From Candidatus Microgenomates bacterium (GTDB taxonomy: Bacteria; Patescibacteriota; Microgenomatia; Daviesbacterales; UBA10151), in assembly GCA_016182045.1 (NCBI GenBank), contig JACOYE010000011.1, positions 39 through 64,038 on the forward strand: DNA of 64,000 bases, written 5' to 3'. This document shows, piece by piece, positions 49,155-58,113 of the stretch (within the stretch, counting starts at the first letter, position 1; each line of letters opens with the position of its first letter). Below the pieces are notes generated by a model. The model was not told where the DNA came from and ran no database searches. It saw nothing but the letters and a program-made list of their open reading frames with translations. The position numbers and the translations under genes were made by a program.

Positions 49155-50609
49155 ATGCCAGTTGAAACAAAGTTGCTGATTGAGATGAGTGTTCCTGGAA
49201 GAGGGAGAAGAGATTATCTTCCAGAATCCGACGTTCCTGAAACATCGCTTGATGAATATCAAGATCTAATTAGAAATAAAGATAGTTTAATTTTGCCAGA
49301 TGTAGCAGAGAGTGATGCTATTCGCCACTTTGAATATTTAGGCAGCTTAAACTACAGCATAGACAGAGGAGTATATCCTTTGGGTAGTTGTACCATGAAG
49401 TACAACCCAAGAGTCAATGAAACATTAGCCAATTTACCTGGATTTACTCATCTTCATCCAAATCAACCCATGGAAACTGTTCAGGGTGCTCTTCAAGTAA
49501 TGTATGAGCTTCAGAGATATCTTGCCGAAATTACTGGTATGTACGCAGTTTCACTGGATCCAAAAGCTGGAGCTCATGGGGAGTTAACAGGCATACTAAT
49601 GATCAAGAAATATCACGAAAGTCGAGGTGAAGGTGCTAAACGACGTAAGATATTAATACCTGATTCGGCCCACGGGACTAATCCTGCAACTGCAGCCATG
49701 GCAGATTATGAGGAAGTGACCTTACCATCAGATATTAATGGTAATGTGAATCTTGATGAGTTAAGAAAGCTTATGACTGAGAAAGTGGCTGGGATAATGA
49801 TGACGTTACCCAGCACATTAGGACTTTTTGACCCCAATATTTTAGAGATTACTCAGATAGTGCACGAAAAAGGAGGCCTCGTTTATGGAGACGGTGCTAA
49901 CCAGAATGCAACTATGGGTAAGGCTAAATTTGGTGAATTGGGTTTTGATGTAGTCCATTTAAATCTACATAAAACATTTAGTACACCGCATGGAGGTGGG
50001 GGGCCTGGTGCTGGACCAGTAGCCTGTAAGGAACATTTAGCGCCGTTCCTCCCATCTCCAATTGTAGAAAAAATGGATGATTCTTACCTTTTTATAAAAC
50101 CAGACAACACCATAGGAAAGATAGGTGAATATTATGGTAATTTTGCAATGGTTGTTAGAGCCTATGCTTATATTCGTGCTCATGGCGAAGAAGGTTTGCG
50201 ATCAGTAAGCGAGTATGCAGTACTGAATGCCAATTATTTATTAAGCCTACTTCAAGATGATTATTACCTTAAGTTTAAGAGACGCTGTATGCATGAGTTT
50301 GTACTTTCAGGTATCCGCCAAAAGGCCAAAAATGTCAGCACTATGGATATTGTGAAGAGACTTATGGATTATGGTTTCCACCCCCCAACTGTCTATTTTC
50401 CTCAGAAGCAGATAGTACCAGAGGCGCTGATGATTGAGCCAACAGAAACAGAATCTAAAGACAGCTTGGATGCTTTTGCAAAAGCGCTGATAGCAATTAA
50501 CAAAGAGGTTGATGAAAATCCAGAGATAGTGCGAACAGCACCTCATACTACCCAGATAGGTCGGCCTGATGAAAGTTCTGCCAGTCGTAATCCTGATATT
50601 CATTGGTAA
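49155..50609 (+). CDS. gcvPB: Glycine dehydrogenase (decarboxylating) subunit 2
   Basis: YPLGSCTMKYNP, AGAHGE, SAHGTNPA, HLNLHKTFSTPHGGGGPG, MIEPTETES. Confidence 0.96.
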   Translation: MPVETKLLIEMSVPGRGRRDYLPESDVPETSLDEYQDLIRNKDSLILPDVAESDAIRHFEYLGSLNYSIDRGVYPLGSCTMKYNPRVNETLANLPGFTHLHPNQPMETVQGALQVMYELQRYLAEITGMYAVSLDPKAGAHGELTGILMIKKYHESRGEGAKRRKILIPDSAHGTNPATAAMADYEEVTLPSDINGNVNLDELRKLMTEKVAGIMMTLPSTLGLFDPNILEITQIVHEKGGLVYGDGANQNATMGKAKFGELGFDVVHLNLHKTFSTPHGGGGPGAGPVACKEHLAPFLPSPIVEKMDDSYLFIKPDNTIGKIGEYYGNFAMVVRAYAYIRAHGEEGLRSVSEYAVLNANYLLSLLQDDYYLKFKRRCMHEFVLSGIRQKAKNVSTMDIVKRLMDYGFHPPTVYFPQKQIVPEALMIEPTETESKDSLDAFAKALIAINKEVDENPEIVRTAPHTTQIGRPDESSASRNPDIHW

Positions 50610-50641
50610 TTTCCTCAAACTTAATGCTGGGTAGGGCGGCC

Positions 50642-50723
50642 TTGACTTCAAGTTAGTAAAAAGGTTAAAATACAATCTGTTAATATTCAAAGGACCGGAA
50701 AGGTGGGCTAGTCCCACCTTTTT
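50642..50723 (+). promoter_or_regulatory. nusA promoter and rimP/nusA-leader-like attenuator hairpin
   Basis: TTGACT-18-TAAAAT; AAAGGTGGG-CTAGT-CCCACCTTTTT ending 7 nt before the ATG. Confidence 0.7.
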
Positions 50724-50730
50724 AATTATT

Positions 50731-51981
50731 ATGGCTCAGGCACGAACAGAGTTCGCAGCTGCTTTAAATCAAATAGCCTCTGAAAAAGGGGTGGATGTGG
50801 AGGTGGTTTTGGATGCCATCCGTCAGGCTGCCTTGGCTGCCTATAAAAAAGATCTAGTATTAAGAAATGAAATTGTGCCTGATGATTTTGAAGAATTTAC
50901 CTCTGAAGTTAACCCTGTCAGTGGGGAAATAACCATCTTACATAAAGATAAAAATGTCACCCCTTCGGGTTTCGCCAGAATAGCCGCCTCAATTGCCAAA
51001 CAAGTGATTATGCAACGGCTTAATGAGGCTGAAAGAGGTGCTATACTCTCAGAATACTCAAATAAAGTTGGCACAGTGATATCCGGGTCTATCCAAAGAC
51101 AGGAAGGTTCAACCTTCTTTGTTGATTTGGGAAGAGCCGAGGGAGTATTACCTCCTTCCGAACAAGTTCACACAGAAATTTACAGCCAAAATCAAAGGAT
51201 GAAATTTTATGTCAAAGAAATAAGAGAAGGCGGGCGGGGTTCGGAGGTGATTGTTTCCAGGTCTGATCCAAATTTGGTTAAGGCTCTATTTGCTTTAGAA
51301 GTGCCGGAAATTCAATCAGGAGCAGTTGAAGTGAAAGTGATTGCCAGAGAGGCTGGTTCAAGAACTAAAATTGCAGCTGTCTCAACCCAAGAAGGTGTTG
51401 ATCCTGTTGGGTCTCTGGTTGGACAAAAAGGAGTCAGGGTTCAAGCTGTAATGAGTGAGTTGGGGGAGGAAAAGATTGATATTATCAGCTATTCGGATGA
51501 TCCAGCCAGATTTATAGCTGCAGCGCTATCTCCTGCCAAAGATATTCAGGTTAAATTAAATGAGGCTGACAAGGTGGTAACCGTGATCGTTCCTTCATCT
51601 CAATTATCTCTGGCCATTGGGAAAGGTGGACAAAATGTCAGATTGGCTGCCAAATTGACTGGATGGAAAATAGATATAGTGGGAGCTGAGGAACCCGCCT
51701 CCGCTGACTCGGCCTCCGTAGCCACTTCGGCGAAGGAAGCAGCTACGGCGGGCAAGCCAGCAGCTGAAGCTGTGGAAGAAAAAGCTGAGGGTGAAATTGA
51801 GACTGTGGGTACTGGAGAAAGGAAAGAGAGGCCTGGTACTGCGCCAGCTCCAGCTCAGGCTACATCAGATGATCCAAAAGCTGCTCAAGATATTGAAAAA
51901 GATAAGAAATCCGCCGACGCTAAAGCTATGGCGGACAAGAAAGCTGATAAAAAGAGTAAAGCCAGTAAAGAATCTAAGTAA
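50731..51981 (+). CDS. nusA: Transcription factor NusA
   Basis: FARIAA, S1/KH domains, REAGSRTKIA, LAIGKGGQNVRLAAKLTGWKIDI. Confidence 0.97.
   Translation: MAQARTEFAAALNQIASEKGVDVEVVLDAIRQAALAAYKKDLVLRNEIVPDDFEEFTSEVNPVSGEITILHKDKNVTPSGFARIAASIAKQVIMQRLNEAERGAILSEYSNKVGTVISGSIQRQEGSTFFVDLGRAEGVLPPSEQVHTEIYSQNQRMKFYVKEIREGGRGSEVIVSRSDPNLVKALFALEVPEIQSGAVEVKVIAREAGSRTKIAAVSTQEGVDPVGSLVGQKGVRVQAVMSELGEEKIDIISYSDDPARFIAAALSPAKDIQVKLNEADKVVTVIVPSSQLSLAIGKGGQNVRLAAKLTGWKIDIVGAEEPASADSASVATSAKEAATAGKPAAEAVEEKAEGEIETVGTGERKERPGTAPAPAQATSDDPKAAQDIEKDKKSADAKAMADKKADKKSKASKESK
51694..51756. repeat. Family B element with an inverted family B copy nested inside, in nusA
   Basis: CCCGCCTCCGCTGA...AGCTACGGCGGGCAAG; inner copy 51712-51737. 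Confidence 0.88.
51910..51939. repeat. Family B element in the nusA tail
   Basis: TCCGCCGACGCTAAAGCTATGGCGGACAAG. Confidence 0.88.
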
Positions 51982-52001
51982 TATGGAAAGGGTTTTTTAT
52001 T

Positions 52002-53456
52002 ATGGAACAAACACGACCACCTATTGTAACTATCCTTGGCCATGTTGATCATGGTAAAACCACATTGCTTGACTTTATAAGAAAATCCTCTGTTGCATCT
52101 CGTGAACATGGAGGTATAACCCAACATATTGGGGCATATCAGCTTGAACATGATGGTAAATTGATTACTTTTATTGATACCCCTGGCCATGCTGCCTTTG
52201 AAAAAATGCGCTCCCGAGGTGCCCAGGTAGCAGACATTGCTGTTTTGGTGGTGGCAGTAGATGATGGAATCATGCCTCAGACAGTTGAGGCCATCAAGCA
52301 TATTCAAGAAGCTAAGGTATCAATGATAGTGGCTGTTAACAAAATTGATCTGCCGGGCATAGATATTAAAGTCTCCTTAGAAAAAATTAAAAAACAATTA
52401 TCTGATAGAGATATAAATATTGAAGAATATGGTGGAGATGTTCCATTAGTTTCTTTATCTGCCAAAACTGGCGAGGGGGTAGATAAGCTTTTAGAGGTGA
52501 TACTTTTGGTGGCAGAATTGCATGAGCTAAAAGGAGATCCACAAACTCAACCTGTTGGTGTGGTGATTGAATCAAATTTGGATAAGTTTAAAGGGTCTGT
52601 GGCAACACTACTTATCAGAAATGGAACCCTTAAAAAGGGTGATCAGATCATGGTTGGTGGAGTTAAGGGAAAAGTGAGAGGGATGTTTGATTGGGATGGT
52701 AAAAGTGTGGAATCTGCTGGACCATCTATGCCTGTTGAGGTATTAGGTTTGGAGGCAGTTTTAGAGGTGGGAGCAGTGTTGGGAGAAGAAGTGAAAAGTG
52801 GTCAGGGAAAAGGGAAAAGTGAAACACAAAATCTGGTGGATAGATTGAGAGAGGGTGGAAAGAAAACTCTCAAGGTTATCATTAAAGCTGACAAGCAGGG
52901 GTCTTTGGAGGCTATCAAGACCTCTTTAGAAAAATATAACGAGGAGAGAGAAGTTGTCAACTTTATCTTTACAGGCACAGGAGAGATTGGCGAGGAAAAT
53001 GTCAAGCTGGCAGCAACTGTTGGGGCAATTGTGGTGGGTTTTAATGTGAAAGTAGCTCCTCAAACTCAAAGACTAGCTGAGAATGAGCATGTGCTGATTC
53101 GAACCTACAATATTATATATGAGTTGTTAGAAGATATAGAGGAAGTAGTTAATACTTTGCTTGAGGTAGGACAATTGGAGGAAGTTTTAGGGAAAGCCAA
53201 TATTATTGCCGAATTTCCCTATGGAAAAGCAGAGAGAGTTGCTGGATGTAGGATTTTGGAGGGAACAATTGCCAAGGGACAAAGGATTAGAGTCGTTCGT
53301 GATGGCACAACTATTGGTGAAACCAAACTTAAATCCTTAAGAAAAGTTAAAGAAGAGGTTAATAAGGTAGAGAAAGGTTCTGATTGCGGAATATTATTTG
53401 ATCCCCAAATAGATTTTCAAATTGGGGATATAGTGGAAAGCTTTAGGGTAATTTAA
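52002..53456 (+). CDS. infB: Translation initiation factor IF-2 (short form)
   Basis: [34 protein letters not shown]. Confidence 0.98.
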   Translation: MEQTRPPIVTILGHVDHGKTTLLDFIRKSSVASREHGGITQHIGAYQLEHDGKLITFIDTPGHAAFEKMRSRGAQVADIAVLVVAVDDGIMPQTVEAIKHIQEAKVSMIVAVNKIDLPGIDIKVSLEKIKKQLSDRDINIEEYGGDVPLVSLSAKTGEGVDKLLEVILLVAELHELKGDPQTQPVGVVIESNLDKFKGSVATLLIRNGTLKKGDQIMVGGVKGKVRGMFDWDGKSVESAGPSMPVEVLGLEAVLEVGAVLGEEVKSGQGKGKSETQNLVDRLREGGKKTLKVIIKADKQGSLEAIKTSLEKYNEEREVVNFIFTGTGEIGEENVKLAATVGAIVVGFNVKVAPQTQRLAENEHVLIRTYNIIYELLEDIEEVVNTLLEVGQLEEVLGKANIIAEFPYGKAERVAGCRILEGTIAKGQRIRVVRDGTTIGETKLKSLRKVKEEVNKVEKGSDCGILFDPQIDFQIGDIVESFRVI

Positions 53457-54555
53457 GAGATGGAGCTCTCCATAATGGTCTACAAAGTGATAGCCACTCT
53501 GAGCTAAAAGGGCCTATGTTTGATCTCCATGAAAATACTCCACTGCCTTGATGTACCAATAAACCTTTATTTTTTGCTGCTTCGAAGATGCTATCATTAA
53601 TATCAAATATTGCTAAATCTTCAGGTGATAAAAGGTTTCTATATTTCATTGTTCCAAATGCAGGTGCAGTATGCCAATGTCCGCTACAATCGAGATCATC
53701 ACCAACCTTAGCGAATGCCTCTAGTTGGTCTATAGGAGGAACAGTTGAATTGGTGAAATACACAGCATTTGCACTGAAATATAAATGTGGTGCTATATCT
53801 TGAATGTTGGGTGCCATGATTTCATATCTATCTAAGACTGCCTCTGCCAGTGTCTTTTGATGTTCTCTTATATATAGTAGGTGAGAAAATTCTTTAGCTA
53901 GTATCAATTTTTTGGCTATATTGGAGGCATAGATGAAACTATTATCCAACCTTACTTCTTCAATTAATGCTTCATCCACTCTGGCTATAACAGTTTTTGT
54001 TTCTTCTCCAGTATGCCTGTCAACTACTGTGGTTTCTACTCCAACTCCTTGTCCACCTATATCTATTGAGCCAAGAGCACGAGTAGTATTTAATAAATTT
54101 GTTAATCTTACCTTCATAGGTTCTGATCCATTATATAAAGGTATAAATCTTTGTAACTGATCAGGATTAGTTTGAGAAAGTACAATAAGTTCGCCTACCT
54201 CTGAAAACCCAGGTAAATCAGAAGATTGCGAGATATCATGACCCATTGCGATAACTAACTCTTTTGGAAAATATCTATCTTTGTATCTACCCCAATCTCT
54301 ATATGGATTATCACTTTGGGCACTTAATTTATCAAGTAGGATTTTGCCGCTAATCCCTAAGGCTGAAGCTGCAGCTGCTCCTCCTATAACCCTTCCTAAA
54401 AGCAACAAAAACTTTCTTCTGCCTGGATCTTTTGGATGATCGTTCCTGTTTTGTACTGAGCTGATTCTATCTCTTTGCTCCCTCTGTTTGCGAGCCCTAG
54501 AAAATTCCAGAATAGAACTATCTAAGGGGTTTATAAATCCGCCGGTTTCAATCAT
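53443..54555 (-). CDS. Hypothetical membrane-anchored protein
   Basis: long ORF; RRKFL followed by a hydrophobic segment; start uncertain. Confidence 0.7.
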   Translation of the reverse strand: MIETGGFINPLDSSILEFSRARKQREQRDRISSVQNRNDHPKDPGRRKFLLLLGRVIGGAAAASALGISGKILLDKLSAQSDNPYRDWGRYKDRYFPKELVIAMGHDISQSSDLPGFSEVGELIVLSQTNPDQLQRFIPLYNGSEPMKVRLTNLLNTTRALGSIDIGGQGVGVETTVVDRHTGEETKTVIARVDEALIEEVRLDNSFIYASNIAKKLILAKEFSHLLYIREHQKTLAEAVLDRYEIMAPNIQDIAPHLYFSANAVYFTNSTVPPIDQLEAFAKVGDDLDCSGHWHTAPAFGTMKYRNLLSPEDLAIFDINDSIFEAAKNKGLLVHQGSGVFSWRSNIGPFSSEWLSLCRPLWRAPSLKLP

Positions 54556-54610
54556 GAAGAGTATTATAATATGTACCCTATAATAAATCAAATGACTAAT
54601 TTGTTGAGGC

Positions 54611-54731
54611 TACACACCCGGTGTGTAAAGCTAATTATACCGGGTTTGTAATTTATCCAATCAAGGTGTTTTGAGCACAAAATATTCTAAAAATCCCGAG
54701 GTGTAGCTACATTTCTACCTCCGAGGTGGAA
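54611..54731. repeat. Cluster of short palindromes upstream of vapBC
   Basis: TACACACC-C-GGTGTGTA; TTCTACCTC-C-GAGGTGGAA. Confidence 0.65.
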
Positions 54732-54789
54732 TGTTGGAGGCGTAATACTGAAATTGACATAATTATGTTTTTATGCTTCAATATAAGTA

Positions 54790-55056
54790 ATGAATTACGC
54801 AAGAACAACGCTCACTTTAGATGAGAATATTTTAAGAGAAGCTAAAAAATTGGCAGCGGATCAGAGAAAACCCCTGAAAAGAATTGTGGAAGCTGCCCTA
54901 AAAACTTATATTGAACAAAAAGGGAATACAAAGAAATTAACTCTGACTGATTTTCCTGTCTTTAATCTAGGACAGATAAATGAAAAATTAACTGGAAGAA
55001 GAAATCTATATAGCGATTATCTTAATAGTAAATTTCCTGCTGATAAAAAGTTATAA
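54790..55056 (+). CDS. VapB-like RHH antitoxin
   Basis: RTTLTLDENILREAKKLA...EAALK; adjacent to a PIN toxin. Confidence 0.85.
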   Translation: MNYARTTLTLDENILREAKKLAADQRKPLKRIVEAALKTYIEQKGNTKKLTLTDFPVFNLGQINEKLTGRRNLYSDYLNSKFPADKKL

Positions 55057-55497
55057 ATGTATCTTTTGGATTCCAATATTTTAATTTATGCTCATAATTT
55101 AGCATCACCTTTCCATAAAACTGTTCGTTCATTAGTGGGCGAGGTTTTAGCTGGAAGAATTGAGGGTTGTGTATCTTTTCAAAATCTTTATGAACTTTAC
55201 TCAATAATTACAGATTCAAAAAGGGTTGAAAAACCATTATCAGTTAAAGATGCCAGAAAAATTTTACTTCTCTACTTGAAAGCAGACAATTTTCCTAAAA
55301 TTTATTCTAAAAACACAAATCTAGCTGTAACTTTAGAATTGTTGAAATCTGCTGATATTAAAAAACAGCAAATTTTTGATTTAATCCTGGTAGCGACTAT
55401 GATTGAAAATGAAGTTAAAGGAATTTATACAGCTGATGAAACATTTTTTAAAAAGTTTAAATTTTTAGAAGTGATAAATCCTTTTAAAGATAGTTAA
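55057..55497 (+). CDS. VapC/PIN domain toxin
   Basis: LLDSNILIYA, E, FDLILVAT, YTAD. Confidence 0.9.
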   Translation: MYLLDSNILIYAHNLASPFHKTVRSLVGEVLAGRIEGCVSFQNLYELYSIITDSKRVEKPLSVKDARKILLLYLKADNFPKIYSKNTNLAVTLELLKSADIKKQQIFDLILVATMIENEVKGIYTADETFFKKFKFLEVINPFKDS

Positions 55498-55595
55498 GAA
55501 TTATCTAATCAAATTTTCAGATAGGTGATGGAGTGGAATCTTTCAGGGTAATTTGATTTGCAATTATGGGATAGTTATAGTAGAATTCAAGCACA

Positions 55596-56675
55596 GTGAA
55601 ATACGATAGTCAAATTAGTGAGCTTAAAAATTTACTGCCTACTGCTAAATCTGTTTTGATTGCCCTGCCTGTTGGAGCTGACATAGATAAATTGGCAGCA
55701 GCCCTTGCATTATTTTTAGTGCTTGAAGCGTCTGGTAAAGAAGTAACAGTTGTTTCTGATGATACCATTACCGTGGGTCAATCACATCTTTTCGGAGTAG
55801 ATCATATCTCAAAAAATCTTCCCTCTGGTCAAGGTGGTAATTTAACCTTAACTTTAGAGGGGGTAGCCTCCTCAAATGGTACCATTCCAGCCTTGGAAAA
55901 ATTGGATTGGTATGCCCAAAATAATAATTTAAATTTGGTTTTCCATGTTATTGCAGGTCAAATGTTTCGACCCTCAAGAATTGTGTCACATTATCAAGGC
56001 AGTGGTTTTAATTTAAATTTTGTGGTGGGAGCAGCCAATTTGGACAGCTTAGGCTCAATTTATAAGCAAAACTCCGACAGTTTTTCCGGTGTACATATTG
56101 TCAATATTGATAATCAAGGCAATACCGGCTTTGGTACTACCAATATTTTGGATACCAATGCCTCATCTATATCTGACATAATGGCTAATTTAATTATTGA
56201 TCTTGGTTTGAACTTGGATGCAGATGCTGCCTCAAACCTTTTAACAGGAATTTTTGATGCTACCAACAATTTATCGGATCCAAGAATTTCTGCAGATACA
56301 TATATGGTGGTGGCTAACTTATTAAGAGCAGGAGGGAAAAAGCCCTTCGACTCCAGTTCGGCTTCGCTCACTGCAGGCGCTCAGGGCAGGCCAGCCACAC
56401 CACAAGCTCCCCGGCCAGATTTATCTGCTTTGATTCCACCAGAACTTCCGTTGGTCAGTGAGATGTCAACACAACCAGTGGCTGAATTCACCCCGATCCC
56501 GATAGAATCGGGACCGATTGAATCGGGGTTCACCACCCCACCTGTGGTGTCCCAACCAGCCGGGAATAATCGACCCTCTCCTGAGGAAAGACCTGTACAG
56601 GAGGGTGTAGTCTCCGAAACCATTGAACCGGAATGGCTAACCCCCAAAATCTTTAAAGGTACATCACTGGGGTAA
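55596..56675 (+). CDS. Degenerate DHH/NrnA-like protein with Pro-rich tail
   Basis: IVNIDNQ in place of NIDHH, ASSIS, NLLTGIFDAT; lies between infB and rpsO. Confidence 0.65.
   Translation: MKYDSQISELKNLLPTAKSVLIALPVGADIDKLAAALALFLVLEASGKEVTVVSDDTITVGQSHLFGVDHISKNLPSGQGGNLTLTLEGVASSNGTIPALEKLDWYAQNNNLNLVFHVIAGQMFRPSRIVSHYQGSGFNLNFVVGAANLDSLGSIYKQNSDSFSGVHIVNIDNQGNTGFGTTNILDTNASSISDIMANLIIDLGLNLDADAASNLLTGIFDATNNLSDPRISADTYMVVANLLRAGGKKPFDSSSASLTAGAQGRPATPQAPRPDLSALIPPELPLVSEMSTQPVAEFTPIPIESGPIESGFTTPPVVSQPAGNNRPSPEERPVQEGVVSETIEPEWLTPKIFKGTSLG
56343..56390. repeat. Family A element with nested 24-nt insert
   Basis: CCCTTCGACTC-[24 nt]-CGCTCAGGGCAGG; compare the simple form at 11234-11257. 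Confidence 0.88.
56490..56529. repeat. Nested CCCGAT/ATCGGG hairpins
   Basis: ACCCCGAT...ATCGGGGT with inner TCCCGAT-AGA-ATCGGGA. Confidence 0.8.
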
Positions 56676-56685
56676 GATTTAGCTT

Positions 56686-57261
56686 ATGGCATTCAGGGAA
56701 CAAAAAAAATTTGGAGAAGAATTTAATCCATTTACAGGCTTAAGAAAATTAAAAGGACCAAAAACAGATGATGTAGTGGGTAGATCGAGGGGGTTTATCT
56801 TAGAAAATGCAATAGAAGGTTGTGTAGTAATTGGTAGAGAAGCACATATTTTTGATAATGATGCTGCAAGTCTACTTTCTGTAGAAGAAAAAAATGTAAT
56901 TATACGACCATTTAGTGCAGCACTCGGAACATTGTTTGTCCTCCTAGAGATTTTAAAAGAGACAACTCCCTTAGATATTACTTGTCAAATTAGAGTAGAA
57001 GATGTAGTGCTGATAGGGAGAAATGATTGGGTTTGGGACAATACAGCTGATAGGGAGCAAGGGGGGTTATTTAGTAGGTTTTTTATACCCGGCAATTATG
57101 ATATCTATACTCAGTTAGTGGTTGATACAGATCTAAAAAACCCAAACAGTACGTTGCATAGAATGCAGTTTAAATTTAATATTAAGTCCCTACCAGAAGA
57201 GTTAATAAATAGGCATAATACAACTGCATTTTCATATTACGTGTTTGTACCCTTGATGTAA
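56686..57261 (+). CDS. Hypothetical protein
   Basis: 191-aa ORF with no recognised motif. Confidence 0.65.
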   Translation: MAFREQKKFGEEFNPFTGLRKLKGPKTDDVVGRSRGFILENAIEGCVVIGREAHIFDNDAASLLSVEEKNVIIRPFSAALGTLFVLLEILKETTPLDITCQIRVEDVVLIGRNDWVWDNTADREQGGLFSRFFIPGNYDIYTQLVVDTDLKNPNSTLHRMQFKFNIKSLPEELINRHNTTAFSYYVFVPLM

Positions 57262-57314
57262 ACCTGATTTGATTGTACCATTTCATTGTACGATCGCACA
57301 CCAAAATGGTTAAG

Positions 57315-57410
57315 ATGCCACTTGATCCAAAAATAAAGCAGAAGATCATTAAAGAGTTTGCTACCAAGAGCGGTGATGCTAAATACCCATGCCGGGTATG
57401 GGTTAAGTAG
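57315..57410 (+). pseudogene. 5' stub of a second, diverged rpsO
   Basis: first 21 codons 19/21 aa identical to S15 at 58109, then unrelated sequence and TAG. Confidence 0.9.
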
Positions 57411-57440
57411 ACATGCCAGGATTATCTAAGCTGTGTTGTT

Positions 57441-57797
57441 TCACTCTTCCCCACTAATTATTGTCATTTTTCCAAATAGGGATTTTTTGGTGGATTTATT
57501 TAAAAGAGAGGTTAATTTTTTATCAATCTGATCGAGTGTTAGATTTGGAGATACACCAATTACACCAGTTGATCTACTTGTTGATACTAAAGGTTTGAAG
57601 TGTTTAATATTGAGAGTGACAAGAATTCTTTCTTCCTGTTTGGCAAGATCATAAACTTTTGTATCAGAAGATGCGCCTTGTTTATAGTCTCCAGCAACAT
57701 GTTTGACATCAAATCTGCTGTTTGTAACAGGTAAATCTTTTCTATAGTAGAACCCTTCATCAAGCAGCAACTTGTGTTTGTAAAATTTCCGGGGCAT
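57441..57797 (-). CDS. DUF5615-like PIN protein
   Basis: KLLLDEG, SDTKV..LAKQEERILVTLNIKHF. Confidence 0.82.
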   Translation of the reverse strand: MPRKFYKHKLLLDEGFYYRKDLPVTNSRFDVKHVAGDYKQGASSDTKVYDLAKQEERILVTLNIKHFKPLVSTSRSTGVIGVSPNLTLDQIDKKLTSLLNKSTKKSLFGKMTIISGEE

Positions 57798-58002
57798 CTT
57801 TAGCAGAGCTGAGCTTTTCAACCAATTCATTGACAGCGCCCTTTATAGTTCTTAAAGATACCCAAGGATATCCTTCTTGAATTGATTCAATAGTATGACC
57901 TTCTTTGAGGCGTGCTACGATCACTGCTATTGGTATTCTGGTACCAACTATACAAGGTGCACCACCCATAATATCAGGTTTGGAGGTGATATACTTTTTC
58001 AT
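57760..58002 (-). CDS. DUF433 domain antitoxin-like protein
   Basis: PDIMGGAPCIVGTRIPI, YP. Confidence 0.9.
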   Translation of the reverse strand: MKKYITSKPDIMGGAPCIVGTRIPIAVIVARLKEGHTIESIQEGYPWVSLRTIKGAVNELVEKLSSAKDAPEILQTQVAA

Positions 58003-58022
58003 GCTGTCATCATAGCATAACC

Positions 58023-58113
58023 TTGCATATTTTAAAAGTTTCTGGTAGAATACAGCAAATGTGAATTAAGGACGACTTTGGCATCAAAGTTGTTCCAGAA
58101 AGGTTTAGATGCC
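58023..58113 (+). promoter_or_regulatory. rpsO promoter and structured leader
   Basis: TTGCAT-17-TAGAAT; hairpin 58070-58096 whose apex GGCATC is complementary to GATGCC over the start codon. Confidence 0.65.

Noticed and set aside
53443-54555. Tat substrate or zinc metalloprotease
   Set aside because: RRKFL lies about 45 aa in, and KEFSH lacks the first His of HExxH; insufficient evidence.
19632-56390. GC-rich hairpins as tRNAs or tRNA fragments
   Set aside because: No cloverleaf, T-loop or CCA context; most lie inside ORFs.
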